DNA of 64,000 nucleotides, taken from contig JANXAP010000020.1 of the NCBI GenBank assembly GCA_025062275.1, forward strand, positions 19,882-83,881. Reading direction: 5' to 3'. The stretch comes from Dehalococcoidia bacterium (lineage in GTDB: Bacteria; Chloroflexota; Dehalococcoidia; SM23-28-2; HRBIN24). Positions 1 to 10,117 of this stretch are shown here, piece after piece (the first letter of the stretch is position 1; every line of letters starts with the position of its first letter). Below the pieces are notes generated by a model that had not been told where the DNA came from, searched no databases, and saw only the letters and a program-made list of their open reading frames with translations. Position numbers and translations under genes: made by a program.

Positions 1-186
1 AAGGAGGCGGAGCGTATCATGCCCACTTCCTTCGCCGCCCGTTCTTTCAAGGCAGGCTATCCCCAGCGGGTCCCTTATCACCACCGGCCCGTGTACAACC
101 GACCGCCCAAGTTCGACCGCGTCATCGCGCCGGTGCGCCAGCCCGAAGCGGAAGAGCCGCAGCAGGGCCAGGGAGAGGAGGGATAG
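1..186 (+). CDS. 3' part of FmdB-family zinc-ribbon protein (5'-truncated by window edge)
   Basis: Frame 1 reads KEAERIMPTSFAARSFKAGYPQRVP...EEG* (TAG 184-186), matching DAERIMSSFNAFTMRDGYPRRLP of the next gene. Confidence 0.7.
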   Translation, partial: KEAERIMPTSFAARSFKAGYPQRVPYHHRPVYNRPPKFDRVIAPVRQPEAEEPQQGQGEEG

Positions 187-187
187 G

Positions 188-643
188 ATGCCTCTCTACG
201 AATACTACTGTCGTCACTGCGAGGGCATCTTCGAGTACTTCCGTCCCATGCGCGACGCCTCGCTGCCCGCCCCCTGTCCCCAGTGTCACCGCGATGCCGA
301 GCGGATCATGTCCAGCTTCAACGCCTTCACCATGCGCGATGGCTACCCCCGTCGCCTGCCCGACAAGGGCACCTACTGGCACCTGGAGCGGGAGGTCAAG
401 AGCCTGGCCACCCGCATGCGCCACTACGAGCACCCGGAGCTGGCCGAGCCAGAGGTCAAGCCCAAGCCCACCAAAGGGGAGCTGGAGGACAAGGCCGAGA
501 AGGAGCGCCTGGAGAAGGCCGACGAGAGCTATCGTCGTCGTTGGGGCATCGACAAGCAGGGCTTCCCCCTGCCCATCGCCGTCAAGAAGAAGTCGCCCAA
601 GACCATCCTCAGCCCCCACGGCCGCGCCGAGGTGAAGGACTAG
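188..643 (+). CDS. FmdB family zinc-ribbon (CxxC_CxxC) regulatory protein
   Basis: MPLYEYYCxxC...CPxC N-terminus; GAGGAGG SD upstream. Confidence 0.85.
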   Translation: MPLYEYYCRHCEGIFEYFRPMRDASLPAPCPQCHRDAERIMSSFNAFTMRDGYPRRLPDKGTYWHLEREVKSLATRMRHYEHPELAEPEVKPKPTKGELEDKAEKERLEKADESYRRRWGIDKQGFPLPIAVKKKSPKTILSPHGRAEVKD

Positions 644-1012
644 CCGCCGGCGGCCTCATCCGCCTGCGCCGAGGCGCCGGACACGACACCAGCGGGGCAC
701 GGGCCGGGGCCGGGACGCGGCGGGCCGTCCCCACGTCGTGGAGGCAGTGGGGAGTAAGCCGCCCGCGGGGCATCGGGGGTAGCGCGTCGTCAGGCAGAGG
801 TGTCCGGCTGCTCCCACTCCTGGGCCCGCCGTCCGAACTCTAGCCCTCGCTGGAGGGGTCGGCGGCGACCGCGGGCGCAGGGCCTCCCACCCAGACCGCC
901 CAGGTCGGCCCCTGCAGACAGTCCACGGCCCTCGAGCGCTGCTTCCAGAGACGCTGCGCAGCTGGCCCGCTCCCGTGCCACTCGGTGGGCGCTCGCGGCG
1001 CCATTACGGCGG

Positions 1013-1975
1013 CTAGCTGCGCCGCTCCAGGATGTACTGGGCCAGCTCCTCCAAGGTGCGACGGGCCTCCGTCGCCGGCAGGGGCGACAGCGCCTCGAGG
1101 GCCCGCCGACAGAACTGGTTGGCCATGGCATAGGACTCGGCCGGGATGTCCGATTCTCGCACCATGAGCACCGCCTGCTGCAGGTGGTCCTCCGTCCGCT
1201 CGCGGAAGAAGCGCTGCACCGGGTTGTCTGCCGGATAGCGCTGCATCAACAAGAGCGAGGGCAGGGTGAGGGTGCCCTGCATGAGGTCGCTGCCCACGGG
1301 CTTGCCCATCTCCGCCTCGTCGCCGGTGAAGTCCAGAATGTCGTCCACGATCTGGAAGGCCATCCCCAGGTTGTAGCCATATTCGCGCAGGGCCTGGATC
1401 CATTCCTCCGGCTCTTCAGCCACGATGGCCCCGCCCTCGCAGGCCGTGGCGAACAGGGAGGCAGTCTTGCCAGCGATGCGGTGCAGGTATTCCTGCACGT
1501 CCTGACGGGAGTCGTAGGCCGACATGTCCTGGGTGATCTCGCCGCGGGCCATGACCATCAGCGTGTGGGCGAAAAGGCGGATGACGCGGATGTTGCCAGT
1601 GCGGGCCACCAGCTCGGCAGCATGGGCGAACATGTAGTCCCCCAGCATCACACAGGTGCTGTTGTGGAAGACGCTGTTGACCGTGGGGCGCCCGCGGCGG
1701 GTGTCGGCGCTGTCGATGACGTCGTCGTGCACCAGGGTGGCCGTGTGCAGCAGCTCCACCGAGGCGGCCAGAGGCACCAGCAGGTCCAGCCGGTAATGGC
1801 CGAAGGTGCCCGCCAGCAGCACCAGGGCCGGCCGCAACCGCTTGCCGGAGGTCGAGAGCACCAGCTCCAGCATCTGGGCCAGGGGCTGATAGTCCACCTG
1901 GCGCAGGGAGCCGATGACCTCCTCTACCAGGGCCAGGTCCTGCTGCACGGGGCCGTAGAGACGGGACGCGACCAT
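1013..1975 (-). CDS. Polyprenyl diphosphate synthase (HepT/IspB-like)
   Basis: GKRLRP, LVHDDVID..RRG and FQIVDDILD motifs. Confidence 0.92.
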   Translation of the reverse strand: MVASRLYGPVQQDLALVEEVIGSLRQVDYQPLAQMLELVLSTSGKRLRPALVLLAGTFGHYRLDLLVPLAASVELLHTATLVHDDVIDSADTRRGRPTVNSVFHNSTCVMLGDYMFAHAAELVARTGNIRVIRLFAHTLMVMARGEITQDMSAYDSRQDVQEYLHRIAGKTASLFATACEGGAIVAEEPEEWIQALREYGYNLGMAFQIVDDILDFTGDEAEMGKPVGSDLMQGTLTLPSLLLMQRYPADNPVQRFFRERTEDHLQQAVLMVRESDIPAESYAMANQFCRRALEALSPLPATEARRTLEELAQYILERRS

Positions 1976-2794
1976 CTAGGTTCCTTCCTCCTCGCCGATG
2001 TCCCCCAGCCCGAACAGCCAGGCGGCGGCCAGGGCAGTGCCCCGGGCCACCCGCCACGCTTCCTCGCCCCGCAAGCGGGCGATGGCCTCCACCGTCTCGG
2101 GCAGGTAGGCAGGCTCGTTGCGCTGCCCCCGCCGTCCCTGGGGAGGAAGATAGGGGGCATCGGTCTCCACCGTCAGCCAGCGCAGGGGCAGCCCCCTGGC
2201 GACGGTGCAGATGCGCTCGCTCTTGGGATAGGTGCAGGTGGCTGGCACCGAAACGAGGAAGCCCAGCTGCACGTAGCGCAGGGCCAGAGGAAGGTCGCCC
2301 GCGAAGCAATGCATCTGGCCCAGGGGACGGTCGTGGGGCCAGTCGGGCAGCACCGCTCGCTCGTACCGGCTCAGGATGGCGAACGTCTCCTGGTCGGCTT
2401 CCCGCGAGTGCACCACCACTGGCAGGCGCAGCTCGGCGGCCAGTTCCAGCTGGGCGAGGAAGGCGCGGCGCTGGTCATCGGGGGGCGACAGGTTGCGGTA
2501 GAAGTCCAGGCCCGTCTCGCCGATGGCTACCACCTTAGCCGAGTCGGCCAGGCGCCGCAGGGCTTTGAGGGAGCGACCGTCCAGCCGGCTGGCATAGTGG
2601 GGGTGGACTCCGATGACGGCATAGACGTCGGCGTGCTCGTCGGCCATCTCCACCGCTCGCTGGCTGGACTCCAGGTCCCAACCCACCACTACGAAGGCTC
2701 GCACGCCCGTCTCGCGGGCGCGGGCCAGCACCTGCTGGCGGTCGGCCTCGAACTGGCGGTCCTGGAGGTGGCAATGGGCATCTACTAGCAACAT
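1976..2794 (-). CDS. tatD: TatD family hydrolase/DNase
   Basis: MLLVDAHCH, IGETGLD, ETDAPYL motifs; ATG at 2794 overlaps metG stop (TGATG). Confidence 0.92.
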   Translation of the reverse strand: MLLVDAHCHLQDRQFEADRQQVLARARETGVRAFVVVGWDLESSQRAVEMADEHADVYAVIGVHPHYASRLDGRSLKALRRLADSAKVVAIGETGLDFYRNLSPPDDQRRAFLAQLELAAELRLPVVVHSREADQETFAILSRYERAVLPDWPHDRPLGQMHCFAGDLPLALRYVQLGFLVSVPATCTYPKSERICTVARGLPLRWLTVETDAPYLPPQGRRGQRNEPAYLPETVEAIARLRGEEAWRVARGTALAAAWLFGLGDIGEEEGT

Positions 2795-4476
2795 CAGGCG
2801 CCCAGGCGGGCCTCCTCCTCCTCGACGATGCTCGGGTCCAGCTTCTTGAAAAGGGGCTCGGGCTCCAGCAGGTGCTGCCCCGGTCGAGGCAGATCGAAGC
2901 GCCAGCCCTGGGCCTCCAGCGTGCCCTTGTAGCCCAGCATCTGATGCAGCCGCTGGCTGGTGAAGGGCAGATAGGGGTAAAAGGCTACCTTGAGTCCATT
3001 GATGGCAGCGATGCTGGTGTAGATGACGGTGGCGCAACGGGGCCGGTCCTGCCCCACCAGCCGCCAGGGCGCGCTGTCCTCCAGGTAACGATTGGCCTCC
3101 CGCGCCGCCGCCATGGCCGCCTCGATCCCCGCCCGGAAGCGACAGGCAGCGATGTTCTCCCCCGTCCGCTTCAGGGCCTGCTCCACCTGATGTAGCAACA
3201 TCCGGTCTCGCTCCAGCAGCTGGGCCGGCGTGGGGATGGTGCGGTCGAAGTGGCGGTAGGCAAAGGCCAGCACCCGGTTCACCAGGTTGCCCCACGTGGC
3301 CACCAGCTCGTCGTTGTTGCGACGCACGAAGTCGGCCCAGGTGAAGTCCGAGTCGGAGGTCTCGGGCATGGTCACCGCCAGGTAGTAACGCAGGGGGTCT
3401 GGATCGTAGCGTGAGAGGAAGTCAAGCACCCACACCGCGAGGTTGCGGCTGGTGGAGGCCTTGGCCCCCCGCACCGTCTGGTACTGATTGGCGGGGACAT
3501 CGTATGGCAGGTTGTACGGCTCGCCGGTGGCGTCGGAATAGGCCATCAGCTGGGCCGGCCAGATGAGGGTGTGGAAGATGATGTTGTCCTTGCCGATGAA
3601 GTAATAGCTCTTGCACTTGGGGTCCTGCCAGAACTGGCGCCACTTTTCGGGGTCGCCCTGGCGCTGCGCCCACTCCTTGGAGGCCGAAAGGTAGCCGATG
3701 ACGGCCTCGAACCAGACATAGATGCGCTTGTCCTGGTACCCCTCCAGGGGAATGGGCACCCCCCACGTGATGTCGCGGGTGATGGCCCGGTCGCGCAGCC
3801 CCTGCTCCAGCAACGACAGGGAGAAGTTGAGGACGTTCTTGCGCCAGTGGGCCTTGTCGCTGGAGAGCCACTTGCGCAGGCGGTCGTTGTAAGCGCTGAG
3901 ACGCAGGAAGAAGTGCTCCGACTCCCGTATCTCCGGGCGGGAGCCGTCGAAGCGGCAACGAGGGTCCAGGAGGTCCACGGGGTCCAGCACGTTGCCGCAG
4001 TTGTCGCACTGGTCGCCCCGGGCCGCCGTGTAGCCACAGATGGGGCAGGTGCCCTCCACGTAGCGGTCCAGCAGGAAGCGCTCCTCCACGGTGCAGAAGG
4101 GAAGGCGCATGGTGCCCTTGTAGATGTCGCCTCGCTCGTAGAGCTTCAGGAAGATGTCGTGCACGGTGCGAGCATGGTTCTCGGTCCCCGTAGAGGTGTA
4201 AAGGTCGAAGCTGATGCCCAGCCGCCGCCACGTTTCGAGGAACTCCTGGTGGTAGTGGGCGGCGATCTCGGCCGGCGTCTTCCCTTCCTGCTCCGCCCGC
4301 ACGGTGATGGGCGTGCCGTGCTGGTCGCTGCCCGAGACCATCAGCACCTGGTTGCCGACGGTGCGGTGGTAACGGGCGAAGATATCGGCAGGCAGATAAG
4401 CCCCCACTATCTGTCCGGTGTGCAAGGGGCCGTTGGCGTAGGGCCAGGCCACGCCGATGAAGATTCGCTCGGCCAT
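2794..4476 (-). CDS. metG: Methionine--tRNA ligase (short form, no C-terminal OB domain)
   Basis: PYANGPLHTGQ (HIGH-like), Zn knuckle ARGDQCDNCG, YVWFEA, IGKDNIIFH, KASTS. Confidence 0.96.
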   Translation of the reverse strand: MAERIFIGVAWPYANGPLHTGQIVGAYLPADIFARYHRTVGNQVLMVSGSDQHGTPITVRAEQEGKTPAEIAAHYHQEFLETWRRLGISFDLYTSTGTENHARTVHDIFLKLYERGDIYKGTMRLPFCTVEERFLLDRYVEGTCPICGYTAARGDQCDNCGNVLDPVDLLDPRCRFDGSRPEIRESEHFFLRLSAYNDRLRKWLSSDKAHWRKNVLNFSLSLLEQGLRDRAITRDITWGVPIPLEGYQDKRIYVWFEAVIGYLSASKEWAQRQGDPEKWRQFWQDPKCKSYYFIGKDNIIFHTLIWPAQLMAYSDATGEPYNLPYDVPANQYQTVRGAKASTSRNLAVWVLDFLSRYDPDPLRYYLAVTMPETSDSDFTWADFVRRNNDELVATWGNLVNRVLAFAYRHFDRTIPTPAQLLERDRMLLHQVEQALKRTGENIAACRFRAGIEAAMAAAREANRYLEDSAPWRLVGQDRPRCATVIYTSIAAINGLKVAFYPYLPFTSQRLHQMLGYKGTLEAQGWRFDLPRPGQHLLEPEPLFKKLDPSIVEEEEARLGA

Positions 4477-4495
4477 CTCCGCTCAGTTGTGGATT

Positions 4496-5404
4496 TTAAC
4501 ACAGGCCCCCCTGGCCAGGGCGGGATGCCGACTCCAGCCAGAGGCGATAGACCAGGCGCCTGGGCAGGCCATGGCGGGCTGACACCTGGGCCACTGCCTC
4601 TCGCGCCCTCAGCCCCTGCTCCCTCAGGGACGCCAGCTCTTCTCTCAACGCCTCTTTCTGGGACTCGGTCAGCGGCGAAGTCGTCCCGTGCCCCTCGCCC
4701 GACAGGCGCGCTTCCCCTCCTCCTTGCTCGCCGGCCCGATCCGTCCTGGCGCCCTGTATGACCAGTGTGAACTCCCCTCGCGGCTCCTGGAAGTGGGCCA
4801 GGGCCGCTGACACCGTGCCCCGGAACACCTCCTCGAAGGCCTTGGTCAGCTCCCGACAGACAGCGATACGACGGTCGCCCAGCACATCCAGCACGTCCGC
4901 CAGGGACGCCCGCAGGCGGTGGGGGGCTTCCAGAGCCACCAGTGTGCAGCCAAGCCCCCTTACCTCCGCCAGCAGGCGCCTGCGCTCGCCCTGGCGGCGG
5001 GGCAGAAAGCCCAGAAAGAGAAAGCGGTTCGCAGGCATCCCTGAGACGGCCAGGGCCGTCACCACCGCAGAGGGACCCGGCACCGGCACTACTCGAAAGC
5101 CGGCCGCCGCCGCTGCCGCTACCAGGTCGGTGCCCGGGTCGCTGATGCCCGGCATCCCCGCCTCCGACACCAGGGCCACGTCTCCCTCCCGCAGGAGGGA
5201 CAGGATGTAGGGGATTCGGGCCGCCTTGTTATGCTCGTTGTAGCTCACCAGTCGGGCGCGGATCCCGTAGTGGGAAAGCAGCTTGCGAGCGGTGCGGGTG
5301 TCCTCGGCCGCTATGGAGGACACCTCCCGGAGGACGCGCAGGGCGCGCAGGGTCACGTCCTCCAGGTTGCCGATGGGCGTGGCCACCAGATAGAGCACCG
5401 GCAT
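4496..5404 (-). CDS. rsmI: 16S rRNA (cytidine1402-2'-O)-methyltransferase
   Basis: LYLVATPIGNLEDVT, AEDTR, SEAGMPGISDPG, RELTKAFEE. Confidence 0.95.
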   Translation of the reverse strand: MPVLYLVATPIGNLEDVTLRALRVLREVSSIAAEDTRTARKLLSHYGIRARLVSYNEHNKAARIPYILSLLREGDVALVSEAGMPGISDPGTDLVAAAAAAGFRVVPVPGPSAVVTALAVSGMPANRFLFLGFLPRRQGERRRLLAEVRGLGCTLVALEAPHRLRASLADVLDVLGDRRIAVCRELTKAFEEVFRGTVSAALAHFQEPRGEFTLVIQGARTDRAGEQGGGEARLSGEGHGTTSPLTESQKEALREELASLREQGLRAREAVAQVSARHGLPRRLVYRLWLESASRPGQGGLC

Positions 5405-5459
5405 GGAATGCCTTCCGGGAAAGTGCTAAGACCCGTTTGCTGGAATGGGGCGAGTTACA

Positions 5460-5488
5460 TTGACCGCAGCCCCCTTTCCTGGTATATT
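5460..5488 (+). promoter_or_regulatory. sigma70-type promoter for guaB3
   Basis: TTGACC (5460-5465), 17 bp, TATATT (5483-5488) with TGn extension. Confidence 0.6.
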
Positions 5489-5535
5489 CTCATCTAAACA
5501 CAGGTCAGCGACCAGCAGCAGGGGGTCGGTAGCGT

Positions 5536-6684
5536 ATGAGTATCGTTCCCATGAAGGAGTTGAGGCCCGCCTACGGCTTCGACGACGTGGCTATCGTGCC
5601 CGGGTCCGTCACCGTCAACCCGGAGCTGACGGATGTGCGCTTCAGCCTGGGCGGCTTCACCTTCGAGCTGCCCATCTTGGCTGCCGCCCTGGACGCCATC
5701 GTCGATCCCCAGTTCGCCATCGCCTTCGCCAGGCTGGGCGGGCTGGCCGTCCTGAACCTGGAGGGCCTCTACACGCGCTACGAGGACCCCTACGCTGCCA
5801 TCGCTGAGATCGTGTCGGCTTCCCAGGAGGAGTCGGCCGCAGTCATCCAGCGCCTCTACTCGGCCCCTATCCGCGAGGAGCTGGTGGGGGAGCGCGTGCG
5901 TCAGATCAAGGCCGGGGGCGCCGTGTGCGCTGTGGCAGCCACGCCGGCCAACACCAAGCGCCTGGCACCCATCGCTGTGGAGGCGGGGGCCGATATCTTC
6001 GTCGTGCAGTCCACGGTAACCACTGCCCGCCACATCTCCCGCTCCCTGCGGGGCCTCATCTTCGAAGAGCTAGTGGAGATGCTGCGGGTGCCGGTGGTGG
6101 TGGGGAATACCGTCACCTACGCCGCCACCAAGGAGCTGATGGAGACGGGCATCGCTGCCGTGCTGGTGGGCGTGGGGCCCGGCGCCAGCTGCACCTCCCG
6201 CGAGGTGCTGGGCATCGGCGTGCCCCAGGTTACGGCCACCATCGAGTGCGCCGCCGCCCGCGACCAGTATTACCGGGAGACGGGGCGCTACGTGCCTATC
6301 ATCACCGACGGCGGGATGCGCAACGGGGGCGACATCTGCAAGGCGCTGGCTGCCGGGGCCGACGCGGTGATGCTGGGCAGCATCTTCGCCCGCACTCAGG
6401 AGGCGCCCGCTCGCGGCTACTCCTGGGGCATGTCCACAGGCCATGCCCAGCTGCCGCGGGGCACCCGCATCCACACCGGGGTGGACACCACCCTGGAACG
6501 GCTGCTGTTCGGCCCCACCTCTCGCACCGACGGGGCCGAGAACCTGGTGGGGGCCATCCGCACCGCTATGGGGATGTGCGGTGCTCGCACCATATCCGAG
6601 TTCCACCAGGCGGAGATGATCGTGGCGCCGGCCATCAAGACGGAAGGCAAGGCCTTCCAGATGGCCCAGGCGGCCCGCCGCTAG
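5536..6684 (+). CDS. GuaB3-family IMP dehydrogenase-related protein
   Basis: [27 protein letters not shown] catalytic loop, TDGG; no CBS domains. Confidence 0.88.
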   Translation: MSIVPMKELRPAYGFDDVAIVPGSVTVNPELTDVRFSLGGFTFELPILAAALDAIVDPQFAIAFARLGGLAVLNLEGLYTRYEDPYAAIAEIVSASQEESAAVIQRLYSAPIREELVGERVRQIKAGGAVCAVAATPANTKRLAPIAVEAGADIFVVQSTVTTARHISRSLRGLIFEELVEMLRVPVVVGNTVTYAATKELMETGIAAVLVGVGPGASCTSREVLGIGVPQVTATIECAAARDQYYRETGRYVPIITDGGMRNGGDICKALAAGADAVMLGSIFARTQEAPARGYSWGMSTGHAQLPRGTRIHTGVDTTLERLLFGPTSRTDGAENLVGAIRTAMGMCGARTISEFHQAEMIVAPAIKTEGKAFQMAQAARR

Positions 6685-7718
6685 CGCTCCTCGCCCGGCC
6701 CGCACTGGGGCGCGATACTGGCAAAGGCCCAGTCCAGCAGCCTCTGGGCGTCGTTCACCACGTCCTCGCTAGCCAGCACGCTGACAATGAGGCGTCGACC
6801 GTCCCGCTCCGCTGCCGCCACGATGGTCTGCCGTGCCTGGTCGGTGTAGCCGATCTTGACCCCGATGGCCCCCTCGTAGTTGTAGATGAACACGTTGCTG
6901 TTCCAGAGTAGCGGCCCGGGCCAGGCGGGCTGATAGGTACGACTGGCGACTATACGCGCCAGTTCGGGCCGCAGCAGTAGCGCTCGCCCCAGCATGGCCA
7001 TGTCGTAGGCCGAGCTGTAATGGCCCGGCTCGTCCAGCCCGTGCGGGTTGCGGAACTGGCTGTCCCGCAGGCCGAGCCTCTGCACCTCGCGGTTCATCAT
7101 CTGGACGAAGGCCGGGACGCTGCCCCCTACGTAGGCGGCGATGGCCAGGGCAGCATCGTTCCCCGAGGGGAGCAACAGCCCGTAGAGGAGGTCGCGCAGG
7201 GAGAGGGTCATCCCCGGCTTCAGCCCCATGACGGTGGAGCCGGTGGTGAAGTTCAGCTCGCCCCCGTCCACGTTCACCGTCACCATCGCCGAAAGGGGCG
7301 CTCGCTCCTCGGCCACCAGGGCGGTGACGATCTTGGTGAGACTGGCCGGCGGCAGGCGCTCGTGCTCGTTGAGGGCGTAGAGCAGGGCGCCGCAAGGCTC
7401 CTCCACCACCGCCACCGCGCGGCCCGACACGCTGGGCGGCGCCGCGAGAGGGGTGGGCAGGGGACGCTGCACCGGCGTTGGGGGGACAGCTCCCCCCTGA
7501 CCCGAGCGGGTGCTGTGAGCGGCCTCCCTCTCCCCTGCCTCGGCTGCGGCGCCGTCCGGGACCGTAGCGGGACGGGTGCTGCCGTCCCCGCGGAGCAGCA
7601 GGAGGCCCAGTGCGCCCAGGACGCAGGCCAGCAGCAAGGGCAGAAGCCAGCGCCTGCGCCCCGCCTGTCGGCGCGAGGGCAGATAGCCGTACCGGTAACG
7701 GGGCGCCCGTCTGCTCAC
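6681..7718 (-). CDS. D-alanyl-D-alanine carboxypeptidase (peptidase S11), membrane-anchored
   Basis: ASLTK (SxxK), SGN, NPHGLD, KIGYT; N-terminal TM; GTG start 7718 is my estimate. Confidence 0.85.
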   Translation of the reverse strand: MSRRAPRYRYGYLPSRRQAGRRRWLLPLLLACVLGALGLLLLRGDGSTRPATVPDGAAAEAGEREAAHSTRSGQGGAVPPTPVQRPLPTPLAAPPSVSGRAVAVVEEPCGALLYALNEHERLPPASLTKIVTALVAEERAPLSAMVTVNVDGGELNFTTGSTVMGLKPGMTLSLRDLLYGLLLPSGNDAALAIAAYVGGSVPAFVQMMNREVQRLGLRDSQFRNPHGLDEPGHYSSAYDMAMLGRALLLRPELARIVASRTYQPAWPGPLLWNSNVFIYNYEGAIGVKIGYTDQARQTIVAAAERDGRRLIVSVLASEDVVNDAQRLLDWAFASIAPQCGPGEER

Positions 7719-7897
7719 CGTCGTCGCACGTGGGGCCTTGCCCGCGCCCGAACCGGAGAGCGCCCACCCGTCCTGCCCCAGGCCCTTACGGGTATGATAG
7801 CCGACATCGATGCCGACGGGGGAGGTCGACGCCCCTTCTGGCGCTCGACCGGGGCAGCGCATACCATAGGAGTAACGTCCCGTAGGGAAGTCGGCGC

Positions 7898-8950
7898 GTG
7901 TGGCGTAAGCTGCTGCTGACGGCCGTGGCCCTGACGACGGCAGGGCTGCTCTCCGTCGGCCGTGGCCAGGCCCAGTCCCCCCAGATATCGGTGGGAGTGG
8001 CCGCTTCCTCCCCCGGCAGTACAGCCATCGTGGCCGTCACCGTCTCCCCCGATCCCCAGGCCCCCCTGGGGGCGGCCGTGTTGCGCATCGCCTACGACTC
8101 CTCCCGCCTGCGGGCCACTGCTTTCTCCCCCCTATCGGAGGGCGTGGTGGCTGAGTGCGACCTTTCGGCAGTGGGGTCGGTCCGCTGTGGGCTGCTACAC
8201 GCCACGGGAATGGCGGGGCAGGTCATGTCCCTCACTTTCCAGGTCCTGCCAGCAGCAGCGCCGGGCGTCGTCCCCCTCTCGCTCACTGTGGAGGAGTGCT
8301 TCACCGTTCAGGGGGATGGGGCCAACTGCCTCCGCGCCGACGGGGCGGTGGTCGTCCAGTCGACCACCACGCCGCCGCCGGCACCGCTGCTGGTGGCCAT
8401 TCGCCCCCTGTCAACGACCCAGGCCCTTATCAGTTGGCTGCCGACCTCAGGGACCACCCATTACCGCCTGAGGAGCGCCCTCAACTTCGAAATGACCTTT
8501 GGCGTCAGGGAGACGCCGCTACCGGTGGAGTCGCTGCCCCTGGGCAATGGCCTGACGGTGGGGGTGCCCGACGCCGACGGCCTGGCCTTCTACTACCAGC
8601 TGGCCGCCTGCAACCAGGCAGGGTGTTCGCCCTTCGTGCGCGCCGGGGGGCTGGCGCGCCGCATATGGCCGGGTGCCAACGACTGGAACTTCTACATGGC
8701 GGCCTACGACTTTATAGGCACCACCACCGCCTGGGCCTTCAACGCCAGCCCCGTGCCGGGCAAGGCGTCGGTCATCGCCTTTTACGACGGTATCCAGGGT
8801 TTCGGCGCCACGCCCAGGGGCCAGTGCTCGTTGCCACTGCCGCCGGGCAGCGCCTGCACCCTCAGCTGGCCGGGGGCCAGCGCCTTCGCCAGCGCCTCTC
8901 AGTCCTTCCCGCCCTTCGGAGAGGTGGGCACAGCCCTGAGGGTCAGGTAG
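7898..8950 (+). CDS. Secreted protein with cohesin-like/Ig-like and FN3-like domains
   Basis: Signal peptide; 'LRIAYDSSRL...LTFQV' cohesin-like pattern; T/P linker; 'YYQLAACNQAGCS' FN3-like. Confidence 0.6.
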   Translation: MWRKLLLTAVALTTAGLLSVGRGQAQSPQISVGVAASSPGSTAIVAVTVSPDPQAPLGAAVLRIAYDSSRLRATAFSPLSEGVVAECDLSAVGSVRCGLLHATGMAGQVMSLTFQVLPAAAPGVVPLSLTVEECFTVQGDGANCLRADGAVVVQSTTTPPPAPLLVAIRPLSTTQALISWLPTSGTTHYRLRSALNFEMTFGVRETPLPVESLPLGNGLTVGVPDADGLAFYYQLAACNQAGCSPFVRAGGLARRIWPGANDWNFYMAAYDFIGTTTAWAFNASPVPGKASVIAFYDGIQGFGATPRGQCSLPLPPGSACTLSWPGASAFASASQSFPPFGEVGTALRVR

Positions 8951-8980
8951 ACGCTGCGGCGGCCGGGGCCATTCGCGGCC

Positions 8981-10042
8981 TTAGCCCATCCCTTCGCCCT
9001 CGAACAGGGGCCTCTGCAGAGGCTGGGGAGGCGACAGCCCCAGGTGACGGTAGGCGAGGGGGGTAGCGACCCGGCCCCGCGGGGTCCGCTTGAGCAGCCC
9101 CGCCTGCATCAGATAGGGCTCGTAGACCTCCATGATGGTGTCGGGGTCCTCGGAGATGGCGGCGGCGATGGTCTCGATGCCCACGGGGCCCCCCGCGAAC
9201 TTTTCGACGATGGTCCTGAGCAGCTTGTGGTCCACTTCGTCCAGGCCCAGGGGGTCGACCCGCAACTGCTCCAGGGCCTGCCGCGCCACCTCACCAGTCA
9301 CGACCCCCGCCGCCCTCACCTGTGCATAGTCGCGGGCACGCCGCAGCAGACGGTTCGCGATGCGTGGAGTGCCGCGGGCGCGGCGAGCTATCTCCAGCGT
9401 CCCCTCCTCGTCGATCTCCACACCCAGGACGCCTGCATTGCGGCGCACGATGGCTGCCAGCTCCTCCTCCGAGTAGAAGTCCAGGCGGTAGACGGCCCCG
9501 AAGCGGTCGCGCAGGGGGGCGCCCAGCAGGGCGTACCTGGTGGTGGCCCCCACCAGGGTGAAGGGGGGAAGGCGGAGGCGGATGGAGCGGGCGGCCGGCC
9601 TCTTCCCCAGCACGATGTCCAGCTGGAAGTCCTCCAGGGCGGGATAGAGCAGCTCCTCGGCGGCACGAGGCAGCCGGTGCACCTCGTCGATGAACAGCAC
9701 ATCGCCGGGCTGCAGCCCGGTGAGAATGGCCGCCAGGTCCCCCGGGCGCTCTATGGCGGGGCCGGAGGTGACGCGGATGGAGACGCCCATCTCATGGGCG
9801 ATGATGTGGGCCAGGGTGGTCTTGCCGAGCCCCGGCGGCCCGAAAAGCAGGACGTGGTCCAGAGGCTCGCCCCTGCTGCGGGCGGCAGCGATGGCGATGG
9901 CCAACGTCTCACGTATGTGGTCCTGCCCTACGAAGTCGGCCAGACGCCTCGGACGCAGGGTGGCATCCAGGGCCGTATCATCGGCCTGGGCGCTGGGGGA
10001 GACGGCGCGCTCTTCCACCGCTGGCTGGAGCGGGCGGGGCAC
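8981..10042 (-). CDS. ruvB: Holliday junction branch migration helicase RuvB
   Basis: [48 protein letters not shown]. Confidence 0.97.
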   Translation of the reverse strand: MPRPLQPAVEERAVSPSAQADDTALDATLRPRRLADFVGQDHIRETLAIAIAAARSRGEPLDHVLLFGPPGLGKTTLAHIIAHEMGVSIRVTSGPAIERPGDLAAILTGLQPGDVLFIDEVHRLPRAAEELLYPALEDFQLDIVLGKRPAARSIRLRLPPFTLVGATTRYALLGAPLRDRFGAVYRLDFYSEEELAAIVRRNAGVLGVEIDEEGTLEIARRARGTPRIANRLLRRARDYAQVRAAGVVTGEVARQALEQLRVDPLGLDEVDHKLLRTIVEKFAGGPVGIETIAAAISEDPDTIMEVYEPYLMQAGLLKRTPRGRVATPLAYRHLGLSPPQPLQRPLFEGEGMG

Positions 10043-10117
10043 GGGGCCGCCGCGCCTCGAATATCTGTGCTACGGCCATTATAACGAGGGTGCCCACCCC
10101 CGTCCACGCCGCGCGTC

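Noticed and set aside
800..2788. 662-aa + strand ORF and many similar long overlapping ORFs (e.g. 59100-60959, 15058-16566, 19542-20951)
   Set aside because: These are antisense or alternate-frame shadows of clear genes, expected at ~70% GC, with no recognisable motifs.
2795..3295. Long N-terminal extension of TatD in the track
   Set aside because: It overlaps metG; the TatD motif starts at ATG 2794.
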